NCBI GenBank assembly: GCA_964535655.1
Contig: CAZHTP010000002.1
Location: 90,054-154,053, forward strand
DNA length: 64,000 nucleotides
Origin: an uncultured Gammaproteobacteria bacterium
Lineage (GTDB): Bacteria; Patescibacteriota; Microgenomatia; JALYQM01
Direction of reading: 5' to 3'
Part shown: positions 40,926 to 52,341 of the stretch, one piece after another
Numbering within the stretch: the stretch's first letter is position 1
Layout of the letters: every line of letters starts with the position of its first letter
Made by a program: the position numbers and the translations under genes
Notes under the pieces: model-generated
Told to the model about the DNA's origin: nothing
Databases searched by the model: none
The model's input: only the letters and a program-made list of their open reading frames with translations

Positions 40926-42923
40926 ATGGAAGACACCAAGTTTCAGCTTGAATCAGACTTTAAACCAACAGGCGATCAGCCACAAGCGATCGAAACCTTA
41001 ATAAAAGGACTTCAAAAAGGCGACAAAAATCAGACACTATTAGGTGTTACTGGAAGTGGTAAAACGTTCTCAATAGCCAACGTTATTCAGCAGGTGCAAA
41101 AGCCAACTCTCGTCATCTCACACAATAAAACATTAGCAGCACAACTCTATCAGGAGTTTCGCGACTTCTTCCCCAAAAACGCAGTCGAGTATTTCGTTTC
41201 CTATTACGACTACTATCAGCCAGAAGCATACGTACCACAAACCGATACCTACATTGAAAAAGAAACTGAAATAAACGAAGAAATAGATAAACTGCGACTC
41301 TCTGCCACAACGTCATTACTCACTCGTCGCGATGTAATAGTTGTGGCTTCAGTATCGTGTATCTATAATATCGGTTCTCCTAAAGAATATCAGGAAGCGA
41401 TTCTAACGGCTCATGTTGGTCAGTTCACTAACATGGACTTAGCGATGAAAGTACTTTCGCGCATGTCCTATACTCGCAACGATTTTGAATTTGCCCGCGG
41501 TATCTACCGTAGGCGCGGGGACACTCTTGATGTGTATCCATCTTATACCGATTATTTTATTCGTATCGAATTTTTAGGTGATCAAATTGATCGTATCAGT
41601 CAAATTGACCCGATGAGCGGGGAGGTTCTTGATCGCCCTAAAATGATCTCGGTATATCCGGCGAAACATTACGTCACCCCAGTTGACCGTATGGAGCAGG
41701 CGATTAAAGAAATTCGTGAAGATTTAGAAATTCGTGTGGAGCAACTTAAAGCTGAAGGCAAAACAATGGAGGCCTATCGCCTTAATCAGAGAACCAACTA
41801 TGATTTAGAGATCATTCAGGAAATCGGCTATTGCAACGGTATTGAAAACTACTCCCGCTATTTTGATGGTCGAAAACCTGGTGAAGCGCCAAATTCCATG
41901 TTGGAATTTTTTCCTAAGGATTACTTGCTTGTTGTAGACGAATCACATATCACCATTCCTCAAATTCGCGGGATGTATAATGGCGACCAGGCACGCAAAA
42001 AAACACTAGTTGATTTTGGCTTTCGGCTGCCTGCTGCTATGGATAACCGCCCCTTAAAGTTTGATGAATTCCTTCGCCGTGTTAACCAGACCATTTATGT
42101 TTCAGCAACACCGAATGACTATGAGTTGAACTTATCCGATCAAGTTGTAGAACAGCTTATTCGCCCAACAGGGATTGTTGACCCAGAAATTGAAATCCGC
42201 AAAACCGAAGGTCAAATTAAAGATTTAATGAATGAAATCCTAATAAGAGCCGAAAAAAACGAAAAAGTACTAGTTACGACCTTAACAAAACGAATGTCTG
42301 AAGATTTAACAACCTTCTTAACTGAGAAAAAAGTTAAAGTTGCGTATCTTCACTCTGAAGTGGAAACACTTGATCGTAGCGATATTCTTGACGACTTACG
42401 CCGAGGGATATATGACGTTGTTGTCGGAGTTAACTTACTACGCGAAGGGCTCGATCTTCCAGAGGTTTCGCTTGTCGCGATTCTTGATGCCGACAAAGAA
42501 GGATTTCTTCGTTCACACACCAGTTTGGTGCAAACCATGGGGCGCGCCGCACGCCACATTAATGGCAAAGTAATCATGTACGCCGATCAGGAAACAAAAT
42601 CAATGAAGTCAGCAATCGACGAAGTAAATCGTCGCCGCGAAGTACAACTTGAGTACAATAAAAAACATGATGTCACTCCGGTACAAATTACTAAAAAAAT
42701 TCGAGAAAAATTAATTGACAGAATTGTAGAAGAAGAGCCAGAAAAAGTTAAAGAAAATCGTGCTGAAGCTGTATATAATCAGGCCCTTGCAGGTGAGATT
42801 ATCCCACAAGATAAAACCAAACTGATTGTCTACTTAACCAAGAAAATGAAAGAAGCAGCAAAAGAGTTCAGGTTTGAAGAAGCAGCAGTAATAAGGGATA
42901 AGATCTCAAAACTAAAAGATTAG
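40926..42923 (+). CDS. uvrB: Excinuclease ABC subunit B
   Basis: GVTGSGKT, YYDYYQPEAY, DESH, NLLREGLDLPE, C-terminal UVR domain. Confidence 0.98.
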   Translation: MEDTKFQLESDFKPTGDQPQAIETLIKGLQKGDKNQTLLGVTGSGKTFSIANVIQQVQKPTLVISHNKTLAAQLYQEFRDFFPKNAVEYFVSYYDYYQPEAYVPQTDTYIEKETEINEEIDKLRLSATTSLLTRRDVIVVASVSCIYNIGSPKEYQEAILTAHVGQFTNMDLAMKVLSRMSYTRNDFEFARGIYRRRGDTLDVYPSYTDYFIRIEFLGDQIDRISQIDPMSGEVLDRPKMISVYPAKHYVTPVDRMEQAIKEIREDLEIRVEQLKAEGKTMEAYRLNQRTNYDLEIIQEIGYCNGIENYSRYFDGRKPGEAPNSMLEFFPKDYLLVVDESHITIPQIRGMYNGDQARKKTLVDFGFRLPAAMDNRPLKFDEFLRRVNQTIYVSATPNDYELNLSDQVVEQLIRPTGIVDPEIEIRKTEGQIKDLMNEILIRAEKNEKVLVTTLTKRMSEDLTTFLTEKKVKVAYLHSEVETLDRSDILDDLRRGIYDVVVGVNLLREGLDLPEVSLVAILDADKEGFLRSHTSLVQTMGRAARHINGKVIMYADQETKSMKSAIDEVNRRREVQLEYNKKHDVTPVQITKKIREKLIDRIVEEEPEKVKENRAEAVYNQALAGEIIPQDKTKLIVYLTKKMKEAAKEFRFEEAAVIRDKISKLKD

Positions 42924-42924
42924 A

Positions 42925-43608
42925 TTATTCTCGTTGTGAAGACAAAATCTTGTAAAATACGCTAGCCAGTTCATATCCCCAACCGAGTGTTACAAGCCCT
43001 ATCATACTAGCTATAGATTCAATATATTGCTCTTTGATCATAGGATACCAATCGAAGATTGCCAGGATTATGCATCCCACAACAATTGGAATAAAAAACA
43101 GAGTAAACAACGTTAAAGGCGTTAACTTATATTTAACTCCAAGAAAATAAAAACCTACAATACCAACAGTTATAAGAGTTAAAAGTAGAGGAATTAAAAA
43201 AACTTCGCTTACAGAGCCGTAATAATCTTTTGAGATAACTAACAGTTCACGAAGCAGTGAACGATATTGAGAAAAAATATAGGATTCAATAAAAATACAA
43301 AACGAGAATGTTATCCAAAAGTAAATATAAGGAAAAGAAAATAAAGGAGCAAGAAAAGGCTGGTCATTAGTAAAAAAGAATCTACTTTTAAATTCTTTTT
43401 CTAACGATCGTGGCGTATATTTTAGTAAAATTAACAGGACAAGGAGCGCAACTAGAAGCGGATAACCAACCAAATATAATGGCAACTCACCAACTATACA
43501 ATGAATAAAAACTCTGATACTCACAGCAAAAGCAAAAATGACCAGAGCGAATCTGACAAAATCAGCTACATAATCATTCCATAAGGAAGTAAAAGAACGA
43601 GAAGACAT
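42925..43608 (-). CDS. Hypothetical membrane protein
   Basis: About 6 TM segments. Confidence 0.6.
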   Translation of the reverse strand: MSSRSFTSLWNDYVADFVRFALVIFAFAVSIRVFIHCIVGELPLYLVGYPLLVALLVLLILLKYTPRSLEKEFKSRFFFTNDQPFLAPLFSFPYIYFWITFSFCIFIESYIFSQYRSLLRELLVISKDYYGSVSEVFLIPLLLTLITVGIVGFYFLGVKYKLTPLTLFTLFFIPIVVGCIILAIFDWYPMIKEQYIESIASMIGLVTLGWGYELASVFYKILSSQRE

Positions 43609-43665
43609 GCAACTATAGTAGCAGGGTTAACAGTCAAAATATAGTCAAAGATTGATCGTTACAGA

Positions 43666-44610
43666 CTAGGGAAGTTTAAACAAGTCTAAAATGTCGTTTG
43701 AAACTTGCGTATGCCTATGAGGTAAACCAGTGTCAATCTCTTTGTAATTTACATCGCCATTATTATAACGATCAGTCATATCTGCTCCACATGCTGACGC
43801 AATTGACCCTGAAACTCCGGGATGGAGTCGAATGTAAGTTGTTATGTCATAAAGATGTCGCCCAGTACCATTATCATATACAGTATAACAGTCTGTAGGC
43901 TTATTGTGCTGCTTTGCAATTTCAAGTAAAGGGTCAGGTGTCGCAGTTGGCGTTGGGCTGCTAGTGGGAGTAGGGCTTGCTGATGGGTTGTTGGGCGAAA
44001 AAGCAGTAATATACATCGAATAAGCCAGACTATTCAAGCTTGAAGCAGGACCCAATTGAACCGTACCTGCCGGAATGTTTTTCATATAAATATCATATAG
44101 ACCAATCAACCCTTGCTCATTTTTTCTTTTGAAGAATTGATCAATATGCGAAAGATCAGTAGTCGTCTGCTTGCTAAAACCTTGAGAAATCCATTGTGGG
44201 GCCTGCTCAAGTCCTGGTATATGTCTAGTCATAAGAAATAACTTCCCATTGCGTTGTGTTGTTATTGACCACGACAAAGTAGTACTGTCCTTAATATCTA
44301 TATTACTAGTTTGCACATACGCGAGGTTGTTAATTGTCTCATTAGGTAGAAAAAACCTAAAACGCAAGTCATCAGAATATATCTGTCCATTGGGTACAAT
44401 ACAGCTTTTTGCAAATGATCTCCCAGCGGGGCTTAAAACAGCAAAAACAGAAGTATCACACGAAGTTTGAGCAAGTAAAGGATCTACTTTCTTCAAATCG
44501 GAATCAAGCTTCTGCGTACGTAAAGTTGCATAAACTATTAGGCAAAGCAATAAGGCTGAGATTACTACAAAAAGATTTAAGAGTAAGCCGGCATCTCGTT
44601 TCACATTCAT
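43666..44610 (-). CDS. Anchored protein: shared unknown domain, PT linker, cytochrome b5-like domain
   Basis: HN...DCY.V....YDIT.Y..LHPG...I..ACG.DMT..Y..H motif. Confidence 0.7.
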   Translation of the reverse strand: MNVKRDAGLLLNLFVVISALLLCLIVYATLRTQKLDSDLKKVDPLLAQTSCDTSVFAVLSPAGRSFAKSCIVPNGQIYSDDLRFRFFLPNETINNLAYVQTSNIDIKDSTTLSWSITTQRNGKLFLMTRHIPGLEQAPQWISQGFSKQTTTDLSHIDQFFKRKNEQGLIGLYDIYMKNIPAGTVQLGPASSLNSLAYSMYITAFSPNNPSASPTPTSSPTPTATPDPLLEIAKQHNKPTDCYTVYDNGTGRHLYDITTYIRLHPGVSGSIASACGADMTDRYNNGDVNYKEIDTGLPHRHTQVSNDILDLFKLP

Positions 44611-44710
44611 AACTAACTAAGTGTAATTAAGAAACATTCGCAAAGTCAATTGCCTTGTCTTAGACTAGAAATTCCTTTACAAACATGGTACACTGATTAA
44701 CGCTTTATAC

Positions 44711-44726
44711 CCGAAAATAACCGGAA
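44711..44726 (-). promoter_or_regulatory. Candidate LexA box upstream of uvrA
   Basis: TTCCG-GTTATT-TTCGG on the minus strand. Confidence 0.55.
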
Positions 44727-44766
44727 AGCATCGAACACTAACAGTATAAAATTAAGGAGATTAGGC

Positions 44767-47700
44767 ATGTCCAAAGACCTCATATCGATTAAAGGTGCGC
44801 GTGAAAATAATCTGAAAAATATTGACGTCGACATTCCCAAACATAAGTTAGTTGTATTTACCGGGCTTTCTGGCTCAGGAAAATCGTCACTTGCTTTTGA
44901 CACTATTTACGCTGAAGGTCAAAGACGATATGTGGAGTCGCTATCATCCTATGCAAGGCAATTTCTTGGAGTAATGGACAAGCCCGATGCCGATTACATC
45001 GAAGGGCTATCACCAGCAATTTCAATCGATCAGAAAGCCGCATCGCATAATCCACGCTCAACTGTTGGTACAACTACAGAAATATATGACTATCTCCGGT
45101 TGCTTTTTGCCCGGGTTGGCCATCCGCATTGTCCAAAATGTGGTCGCGAAATCCAGCATATGTCTATTGATCAAATCGTTGACTCAGTATTTCGGCTCGC
45201 CGGCGATATCATGTCTAAAGATAAACAGGTCGCTATTCGTGGTGCTCGGCTATTTATTCTGTCTCCTGTTGTAAAAGAACGAAAGGGCGAATTTAGTAAT
45301 CTTTTTGCCGACTTGCGCAAAAAAGGATTTGCCCGTGCTCGTATCGATGGCACCGTTCGTGATCTTTCTGATGACTTTGGCCTTATTAAAACCAATAAAC
45401 ATTCAATTGATGCTCTTGTTGATCGCATTGTTATTTCACAAGACGTTAGTCAATTATTTGTTAAACAGTCAAAAGAAGGTAAAGAAGCCCTCACAACCGA
45501 TGATTTTGACAAACTGCAAAGTATCCGCACTCGGGTTTCGCAGTCGGTCGAACAAGCACTAAAGCTATCAGAAGGCACAGCAATCGTATCAGATATTCAG
45601 GATAACGATCTAAACTTTCCTCAAAACCCTCAAAAAATGGAAGATCACCTATTTTCAGAAAATTTTGCCTGTCCCTTTGACAATATTTCCTTACCAGAAA
45701 TCGAACCACGCACATTTTCTTTTAATTCGCCACAAGGCGCTTGTCCCAATTGCGCCGGGCTCGGCACAGAACTAAAAATTGATGCCGATTTAATCCTTAA
45801 CCCAAACTTAAGTATCTCTGAAGGGGGAATTTTACCTTGGAATCGCCTTTCAAGCACTGAAACGTGGTTTACTCGCATCATCAATGAAGTGGCCGCTGTA
45901 AAAGGATTTGCTATAAAGGTTCCCATTAAAGAGCTTTCATCAGAAGCGATCAATATTTTGTTAAAAGGCACCGGTAACGAGACATTTTTTGTAAAAGGCG
46001 AAAATCGCCAAGGCAAACAGACTGGATTTGAAACTGTCTTTGAAGGAGTGATTCCTAACTTACTTCGTCGTTACAAAGAAACCGAGTCAGATTATGTTCG
46101 TGGTGAAATAGAAAAATATATGCGCTCAGAAATTTGTCCAATTTGCGAAGGCAAGCGACTCAAGCCAGAGGCACTTTCTGTGACAATTAATAAAGATTCA
46201 ATTTACGACATCACAAATAATTCTATAAAAAATGCCCTTACCTGGGTGCATTCTCTACAAGCCGATAAAACCCTCTCAGATCGCGAAACCACAATCGGCA
46301 AGCCAATTCTTAAAGAAATAGTTAATCGACTACAGTTTTTAATCGACGTCGGACTCGACTACCTTACCCTCAACCGTACATCAGCAACTTTAGCAGGGGG
46401 AGAAGCACAAAGAATTCGTCTAGCTTCACAAATTGGGTCCGGGCTAACGGGAGTTTTGTACGTGCTTGACGAGCCTTCAATCGGATTGCATCAACGCGAC
46501 AATACCAAATTAATCAAAACGCTCAAGCGACTTCGTGATTTAGGAAATAGTGTCATTGTTGTCGAACATGACGAAGAAACAATGGAAGACTCAGACTATA
46601 TCTTTGACTTTGGCCCAGGTGCAGGCGAGCACGGAGGACAAATTATTGCGCACGGTACCCCCGAGGAAATTAAAAAAGATAAGAAGTCCATTACTGGTCA
46701 ATATCTATCAGGCAAAAAAATCGTTGAAGTAGATAAAAACTTCTCAGTAAAAGCTCTTATGGAGTCAGATCAGCGCCGACGGAAAAAGGTCAATGAAAAT
46801 GTAATGGAGATAAAAATTCTTGGAGCAAAAGAGCACAATTTAAAAAATATTGATGTTTCAATCCCGCTTGGCAAATTCGTTACGGTAACCGGCGTTTCGG
46901 GGTCAGGAAAATCTACATTAGTCCATGACATTTTATATAAATCACTATCCGAACATTTTTTCCATTCCAAAGATAAGCCCGGAAAACACGACGATATTGT
47001 CGGCCTTGAAGCACTCGACAAATGTGTGATGATCGATCAGTCACCTATTGGTCGTACACCACGCTCTAACCCGGCAACATACACAGGAGCCTTTACCTAT
47101 ATTCGCGAGCTTTTTGCTCGAACAACAGAAGCCCAAGTCCGTGGCTATGGCCCGGGTCGCTTTAGCTTTAATGTTAAAGGCGGGCGCTGTGAAGTGTGTC
47201 AGGGTGACGGCATGATTAAAATTGAAATGCAATTTTTACCCGATGTGTATGTAAATTGCGATGCCTGTGAAGGCAAGCGCTATAATCGTGAAGCGCTTGA
47301 AGTTCATTATCGCGGCAAGAATATCTTCGATGTTCTCAACATGACGGTCGAAGAAGGACTAGATTTCTTTGGCAGCATCCCAGCATTAAGAAACAAACTC
47401 GAAACGTTATATGATGTTGGGCTAGGATACATCCGCCTAGGCCAACCTGCAACACAACTTTCTGGTGGAGAAGCCCAGCGCATTAAGCTCGCTTCCGAAT
47501 TATCCAAACGTCCAACAGGTCACACAATGTATATCCTCGACGAACCAACAACTGGCTTGCATTTTGCCGACATCTCTCGCCTGCTTTCTATCCTGCGCAG
47601 GTTAGTCAACCATGGAAATACAGTCTTAGTAATTGAGCATAATCTTGATGTGATTAAAAACGCCGATTGGCTTATTGATCTTGGCCCTGAAGGCGGCGAC

Positions 47701-47817
47701 GGAGGTGGCACACTTGTGGCGCAAGGTTCGCCCGAAGAACTTGCCGAAGTCAAAGAAAGCTATACAGGGAAGTATTTAAAGAAAATGTTTGATAAGCAAA
47801 AAGTTTTAGGGAAGTAG
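44767..47817 (+). CDS. uvrA: Excinuclease ABC subunit A
   Basis: Two Walker A motifs ([18 protein letters not shown]), zinc fingers, LSGGEAQR. Confidence 0.98.
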   Translation: MSKDLISIKGARENNLKNIDVDIPKHKLVVFTGLSGSGKSSLAFDTIYAEGQRRYVESLSSYARQFLGVMDKPDADYIEGLSPAISIDQKAASHNPRSTVGTTTEIYDYLRLLFARVGHPHCPKCGREIQHMSIDQIVDSVFRLAGDIMSKDKQVAIRGARLFILSPVVKERKGEFSNLFADLRKKGFARARIDGTVRDLSDDFGLIKTNKHSIDALVDRIVISQDVSQLFVKQSKEGKEALTTDDFDKLQSIRTRVSQSVEQALKLSEGTAIVSDIQDNDLNFPQNPQKMEDHLFSENFACPFDNISLPEIEPRTFSFNSPQGACPNCAGLGTELKIDADLILNPNLSISEGGILPWNRLSSTETWFTRIINEVAAVKGFAIKVPIKELSSEAINILLKGTGNETFFVKGENRQGKQTGFETVFEGVIPNLLRRYKETESDYVRGEIEKYMRSEICPICEGKRLKPEALSVTINKDSIYDITNNSIKNALTWVHSLQADKTLSDRETTIGKPILKEIVNRLQFLIDVGLDYLTLNRTSATLAGGEAQRIRLASQIGSGLTGVLYVLDEPSIGLHQRDNTKLIKTLKRLRDLGNSVIVVEHDEETMEDSDYIFDFGPGAGEHGGQIIAHGTPEEIKKDKKSITGQYLSGKKIVEVDKNFSVKALMESDQRRRKKVNENVMEIKILGAKEHNLKNIDVSIPLGKFVTVTGVSGSGKSTLVHDILYKSLSEHFFHSKDKPGKHDDIVGLEALDKCVMIDQSPIGRTPRSNPATYTGAFTYIRELFARTTEAQVRGYGPGRFSFNVKGGRCEVCQGDGMIKIEMQFLPDVYVNCDACEGKRYNREALEVHYRGKNIFDVLNMTVEEGLDFFGSIPALRNKLETLYDVGLGYIRLGQPATQLSGGEAQRIKLASELSKRPTGHTMYILDEPTTGLHFADISRLLSILRRLVNHGNTVLVIEHNLDVIKNADWLIDLGPEGGDGGGTLVAQGSPEELAEVKESYTGKYLKKMFDKQKVLGK

Positions 47818-47842
47818 TAAGCTCTGGTATAGTATTAGAGCA

Positions 47843-49651
47843 ATGAAAAAATTTATATTTTTTTCGGCTGTGCTACTATCTCTGGTTTTTGTAAGCCAAG
47901 CATCTGCTGATTCAGAATTTAGTGAAAAAGATTCTGTTTTGTATAACATCAACGAAGATGGCTCAACCCATGTTACGCAAAACATCAAAGTCACCAACAA
48001 AACCGCAGAGTATTACACCAATAAGTACTCGTTAAGGGTAGGAACACAAAAAATAACCAATCTAAAAGCATACGATAAGGCGCGCGCCATTAAAGCAGAT
48101 CTACAAGAAGGGACTGCTGCGGCAATAACCCTTGACTTCCCCGATCAAATAATCGGCAAAAATAGCACTCGCAGTTTTACAATTGAATACGACACGCAAT
48201 CGATTGCCCAAAAGCTCGGAACATCCTGGAGCATCACAATCCCACGAGTCTCAAGTAATGATCTTGACGAATATCTAGTAGCAATTTCAGTACCACAATC
48301 ACTTGGTGCTGCTTCAACCATTTTTCCTAAGCCCGAAAGTGAGACAATTAAAGGAATAAGAACAGAATATACTTTTAGCACTGAACAAATGACTAGCTCA
48401 GGTGTAACGCTAAGTTTTGGGGATAAGCAAGTATATACTTTAGGATTAACTTATCACTTGAGTAACACGCAAAAAAATAGCGTTTACACCGAGATCGCCT
48501 TGCCGATGAACACTCCTCACCAAACCATTGTTTACGAATCACTTAACCCAAGTCCTCAATCCATCTATGCCGACCAAGATGGTAATTATATAGCTCGCTA
48601 TATTCTCAAGCCCAAAGAAAGTATTCAGGTACAATCAATCGCCAAAGCAATTGTGTACATTAATAAGCAGTACAAAGATAACAATCTGTCTGAGTCACAA
48701 AAGAGCATATATTTAGAAAAGCAGCCATACTGGGAAAGTGATGATAAAAAAATTGTAAACCTAGCAAGTGAATTAAAAACGCCCGAGCAAATATATCGCT
48801 ACGTAGTTTCAACATTAACCTATAATGCGGCGAAAGTAAGCAACAATTTTGACCGGATAGGAGCGGCCAAAATTCTATTAAGCCCCAAAAACAGTGTTTG
48901 TATGGAATTTACCGATCTATTTGTCGCGCTTGCCAGAGCTGCTAAAATCCCCGCTCGCGAGATCAACGGCTACGCGTATACAAGCGACGCAACCCTTCGC
49001 CCAGCATCACTCTCACAAGACACTCTTCACGCTTGGCCTGAATATTATGACGATGACCAAGGTTGGGTTCAAGTCGACCCAACCTGGGAAAACACCACAC
49101 ACGGTGTTGACTACTTTAATTCTTTTGATCTCAATCACGTTGCGTTTGTAAAAAAAGGTGTAAGTAGCCAGACACCGTATCCCGCTGGTGCGTACAAAGG
49201 TGTAGATGAAAATACGCACGATGTCGTTGTTAACTTTATCTCCGAAGAACCACAGATTAATAAGGCTATTAATACAACGCTTGATACCCCAAAAAGCCAT
49301 GTTGCAGGCGCAACTTTGAATTGGAAAATAGGGATTAAAAACACCGGCAACACTGGATTTTTGGGAGACATCCTTGAGGAGGTCCAGTTTAAAGATAAAA
49401 AAACTTCACAACAGTTTCCTGTTATAGTCCCACCATTTGGATCAACAAGTATTACGGGTAATGGTCTAAAAACCGAAATGAAAGACAGTGGTACAGCTTT
49501 GATTACAGTCAAAGCCCTTGACCACGTTGTAGATAAGCAGGTAGAGATTGTTCCATTTTATCGCCACTCGGCTACTTTAGTGGGATTTCTGTATTTACTT
49601 GGTGCACCACTAGTTGCCATCTTTTCGTACAGAGTACTCCACAAAAAATAA
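47843..49651 (+). CDS. Secreted transglutaminase-like protein with C-terminal TM
   Basis: VCMEF, HAWPEYY and VDPTW Cys-His-Asp triad. Confidence 0.85.
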   Translation: MKKFIFFSAVLLSLVFVSQASADSEFSEKDSVLYNINEDGSTHVTQNIKVTNKTAEYYTNKYSLRVGTQKITNLKAYDKARAIKADLQEGTAAAITLDFPDQIIGKNSTRSFTIEYDTQSIAQKLGTSWSITIPRVSSNDLDEYLVAISVPQSLGAASTIFPKPESETIKGIRTEYTFSTEQMTSSGVTLSFGDKQVYTLGLTYHLSNTQKNSVYTEIALPMNTPHQTIVYESLNPSPQSIYADQDGNYIARYILKPKESIQVQSIAKAIVYINKQYKDNNLSESQKSIYLEKQPYWESDDKKIVNLASELKTPEQIYRYVVSTLTYNAAKVSNNFDRIGAAKILLSPKNSVCMEFTDLFVALARAAKIPAREINGYAYTSDATLRPASLSQDTLHAWPEYYDDDQGWVQVDPTWENTTHGVDYFNSFDLNHVAFVKKGVSSQTPYPAGAYKGVDENTHDVVVNFISEEPQINKAINTTLDTPKSHVAGATLNWKIGIKNTGNTGFLGDILEEVQFKDKKTSQQFPVIVPPFGSTSITGNGLKTEMKDSGTALITVKALDHVVDKQVEIVPFYRHSATLVGFLYLLGAPLVAIFSYRVLHKK

Positions 49652-49712
49652 AAAAAATCCCACCGAGGTATTACTGATGTTGTAAACAACAAAAGTAGGA
49701 TACCCCGGTGGG
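49651..49712 (-). terminator. Long hairpin plus U-tract terminator
   Basis: CCCACCGAGGTAT/ATACCCCGGTGGG stem; A-run on the plus strand. Confidence 0.7.
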
Positions 49713-49724
49713 GCGAATACAAGG

Positions 49725-50714
49725 CTAGGCGCACTTGGCGACTAGAGCGCGAAGTCTCTCGACTTCGGCTAGCCAGTAACGCCCTGTGGCGGTAAGGTCG
49801 TTTCGATCGCTTTCAAGGTCACCTAGGACGTCTTGCGCTATGATGATCTGGCCGTGCTTTGTCTCAATCTGAGACTCAATGCCAGCTATCTGCGCCTTCG
49901 TGTCCTGTATTTCTCCCTTAACCTCTTGGATTGACTGCATCAGTCGGGACCTTGTCTCTCGATCAGGCTCATCCCTTAGCTCTGCCTGCAGCTTGGCGAG
50001 CTCCTCTTGAAGAGATACTAAAAGGTCCTCGGCAGCAGCCAGCTCTCTAACCAGCGCGCGCTCTGCCGCTATTAACCCTTCGAGAGTCGACTTTTGGGTC
50101 GCGATCCGACCTTCGACCTGCCGTAGGGATTTCGCGATCTCCTTAGCCTTTTCCTGTGCAGCGGCGAGCAGCGCACGAAGCTCGTTGCAGTCGCCTGACG
50201 CGGCTGCAGGTGACGGCGACGGCGCCGAGGTCGGGGCGGGTTGCGACTCGTCGTCGTTGTTCTGTTGGGCCGCTTGGTAACCACCATTGACATAGAATGC
50301 CCACAGCTCATCGCGATCTCTGACGGCTTGCCCATATTTCGCATGGTATTGCGGCTCTGTAATAACCCATGCGTTGATGTCCTGCCATTCTTGATAGGCC
50401 TTGCTCGTGGTCATATACCCTAGCGGGTTCCACACTGGCCCTACCAGAATGATGCTATAATCTCCCGCACGCGGGAGATCGTCCGTAGGCAAAACGTCAT
50501 TGATACCGACCGACTCCGGTGGTGACGTTGGCGCTGTTTCCACTGATTCCGGGGCCGCCGTTGGTGCCGATGGCACTGCGGTTGCGGCCGGCCGAGCAGG
50601 CGGCGGGGCAGGGGGGAGACAATCCCCTGTGTCCCTGCACCCAGCGCTCACTGGCGAAACCCCGAGGAGGATCCCGATCACCACTGCGAACACGAGCCAA
50701 ATTCTGGTTCTCAT
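49725..50714 (-). CDS. GC-rich secreted coiled-coil protein
   Basis: SD AAGGAG, signal peptide (VSA/G), Pro-rich linkers, long heptad region. Confidence 0.75.
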   Translation of the reverse strand: MRTRIWLVFAVVIGILLGVSPVSAGCRDTGDCLPPAPPPARPAATAVPSAPTAAPESVETAPTSPPESVGINDVLPTDDLPRAGDYSIILVGPVWNPLGYMTTSKAYQEWQDINAWVITEPQYHAKYGQAVRDRDELWAFYVNGGYQAAQQNNDDESQPAPTSAPSPSPAAASGDCNELRALLAAAQEKAKEIAKSLRQVEGRIATQKSTLEGLIAAERALVRELAAAEDLLVSLQEELAKLQAELRDEPDRETRSRLMQSIQEVKGEIQDTKAQIAGIESQIETKHGQIIIAQDVLGDLESDRNDLTATGRYWLAEVERLRALVAKCA

Positions 50715-50941
50715 TGCGCCCTCCTTAACGAGCAAGAATAGGGGAACATCCCCATATCAAATTCTTGCCCTTGGCACACGAGAGGCTCATACAAATGAGC
50801 GCCTTGTGTGCCAAAGGAGGATTTATTTATAGCCTTGTAAACGTGCAAATATGTATTCTGTATAGTAAATTAAATTAAGAAATTCTTAATCATTCGCCTA
50901 CAGAATCCCCGTAGTATATCAAAAATAACAGACGCAGTCAA
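50715..50941 (-). promoter_or_regulatory. Sigma70 promoter and about 190-nt structured leader with boxA-like motif
   Basis: TTGACT-17-TATACT (50941-50913); GCACGTTTACAA (50846-50835); hairpins 50769-50817 and 50732-50768. Confidence 0.65.
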
Positions 50942-51030
50942 CTACTATAGGCCTACGTCGTAATACCTCAAAACTCTGGTGAAAAAGTTTAACGATGTAC
51001 TGAAAATATTAAAATTGTTAACATACACCT

Positions 51031-52341
51031 ATGTCTGAGATCAAAGACTCACTAAAAGAAACTTTAAAATCCCTGCCCGAAAAGCCAGGAGTATATCTCT
51101 ACCACGACGCAGGGAATAAAATCATATATGTCGGTAAAGCAATAAACCTGAAAAATCGCGTCCGTTCCTATTTCCAGTCGCCAGATAAGCTAGGGCCAAA
51201 AACAGCAGCACTTGTTGCCAATATTGAAAGGATCGAATATTGGGAGGTAGACAGCGAAATCGAAGCCCTTTTGCTTGAAGCAGAGCTTATCAAGCTTCAT
51301 AAGCCTCGGTACAACATAATCTTAAAAGACGATAAGTCGTATCTTTATATCAAAATCAGCACCAATGAAGAAATTCCTCGTATTTCAACCGCTCGTCGCG
51401 AAAATATTGAAGGTGTAACGTATTTTGGCCCTTTCCCTAGTGCGCAGACTGCTAAAAACGTTTTAAAGACCATTCGTCGCGTTTTTCCGTATTGTTCCTG
51501 TAGCCCTGGGCAAAACACGCAGAAAGCATGCTTTTACAATCATATTAATCTTTGCCCGGCGCCGCGTGCTGGGCTAGTAAGTCCTGAGGCGTATAAAGAT
51601 CAGTACATAAAGCAAATCACGCTATTTTTAAGTGGTAAGAAAAAACTAGTCATTAAAGAAATTGAAAAAGAGATGAATACGGCAGCGAAAGATTTGCGCT
51701 TTGAAGATGCATCCAAGCTTAAAAAGAAACTCGATGATCTAATCTATATTACGCAGTCCGTAAGAAAGCCAGCGGACTACATAGAAAACCCCAATCTAGT
51801 GGAGGACCAACGAATAAAAGTACTCGAAGAACTGCAAGCCCATATTAATAAATATATTAATTTGCCAACTCTACCCAATAGAATAGAATGTTACGATATT
51901 TCCAATATTCAAGGCAAAGAAGCCGTAGGGGCAATGGTTGTTTTTACCAATGCTCAGCCAGATAAGGGCGAATATCGCAAGTTTAAAATTCGTACAAAAG
52001 ACACACCAGACGACTTTACTATGATGTCTGAAATGCTGCGCAGGCGGCTAAACAATGATTGGGAGTTACCAGACTTAATTGTAATCGATGGTGGTAAAGG
52101 CCAACTCCAAGCAGCGCTTGACACTTTAAAAGAAGTCGGAGCCACGATTCCCGCAATTTCACTTGCAAAACGTCTCGAAGAAATATACTTTAAAGTAGAG
52201 GGTGATTTCGAAAAGATTCTCTTGCCACGCAACTCAAAGCCATTACAGTTATTGCAACACATGCGCGACGAAGCGCACCGCTTTGGAATAACTTTTCACA
52301 GGTCACTGCGCAGCAAAAAGTTACTTTCGGAAAAAATTTAA
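51031..52341 (+). CDS. uvrC: Excinuclease ABC subunit C (short form)
   Basis: GIY-YIG (PGVY..YVGKA), RIECYDISN, DGGKGQL, RDEAHRF. Confidence 0.95.
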   Translation: MSEIKDSLKETLKSLPEKPGVYLYHDAGNKIIYVGKAINLKNRVRSYFQSPDKLGPKTAALVANIERIEYWEVDSEIEALLLEAELIKLHKPRYNIILKDDKSYLYIKISTNEEIPRISTARRENIEGVTYFGPFPSAQTAKNVLKTIRRVFPYCSCSPGQNTQKACFYNHINLCPAPRAGLVSPEAYKDQYIKQITLFLSGKKKLVIKEIEKEMNTAAKDLRFEDASKLKKKLDDLIYITQSVRKPADYIENPNLVEDQRIKVLEELQAHINKYINLPTLPNRIECYDISNIQGKEAVGAMVVFTNAQPDKGEYRKFKIRTKDTPDDFTMMSEMLRRRLNNDWELPDLIVIDGGKGQLQAALDTLKEVGATIPAISLAKRLEEIYFKVEGDFEKILLPRNSKPLQLLQHMRDEAHRFGITFHRSLRSKKLLSEKI

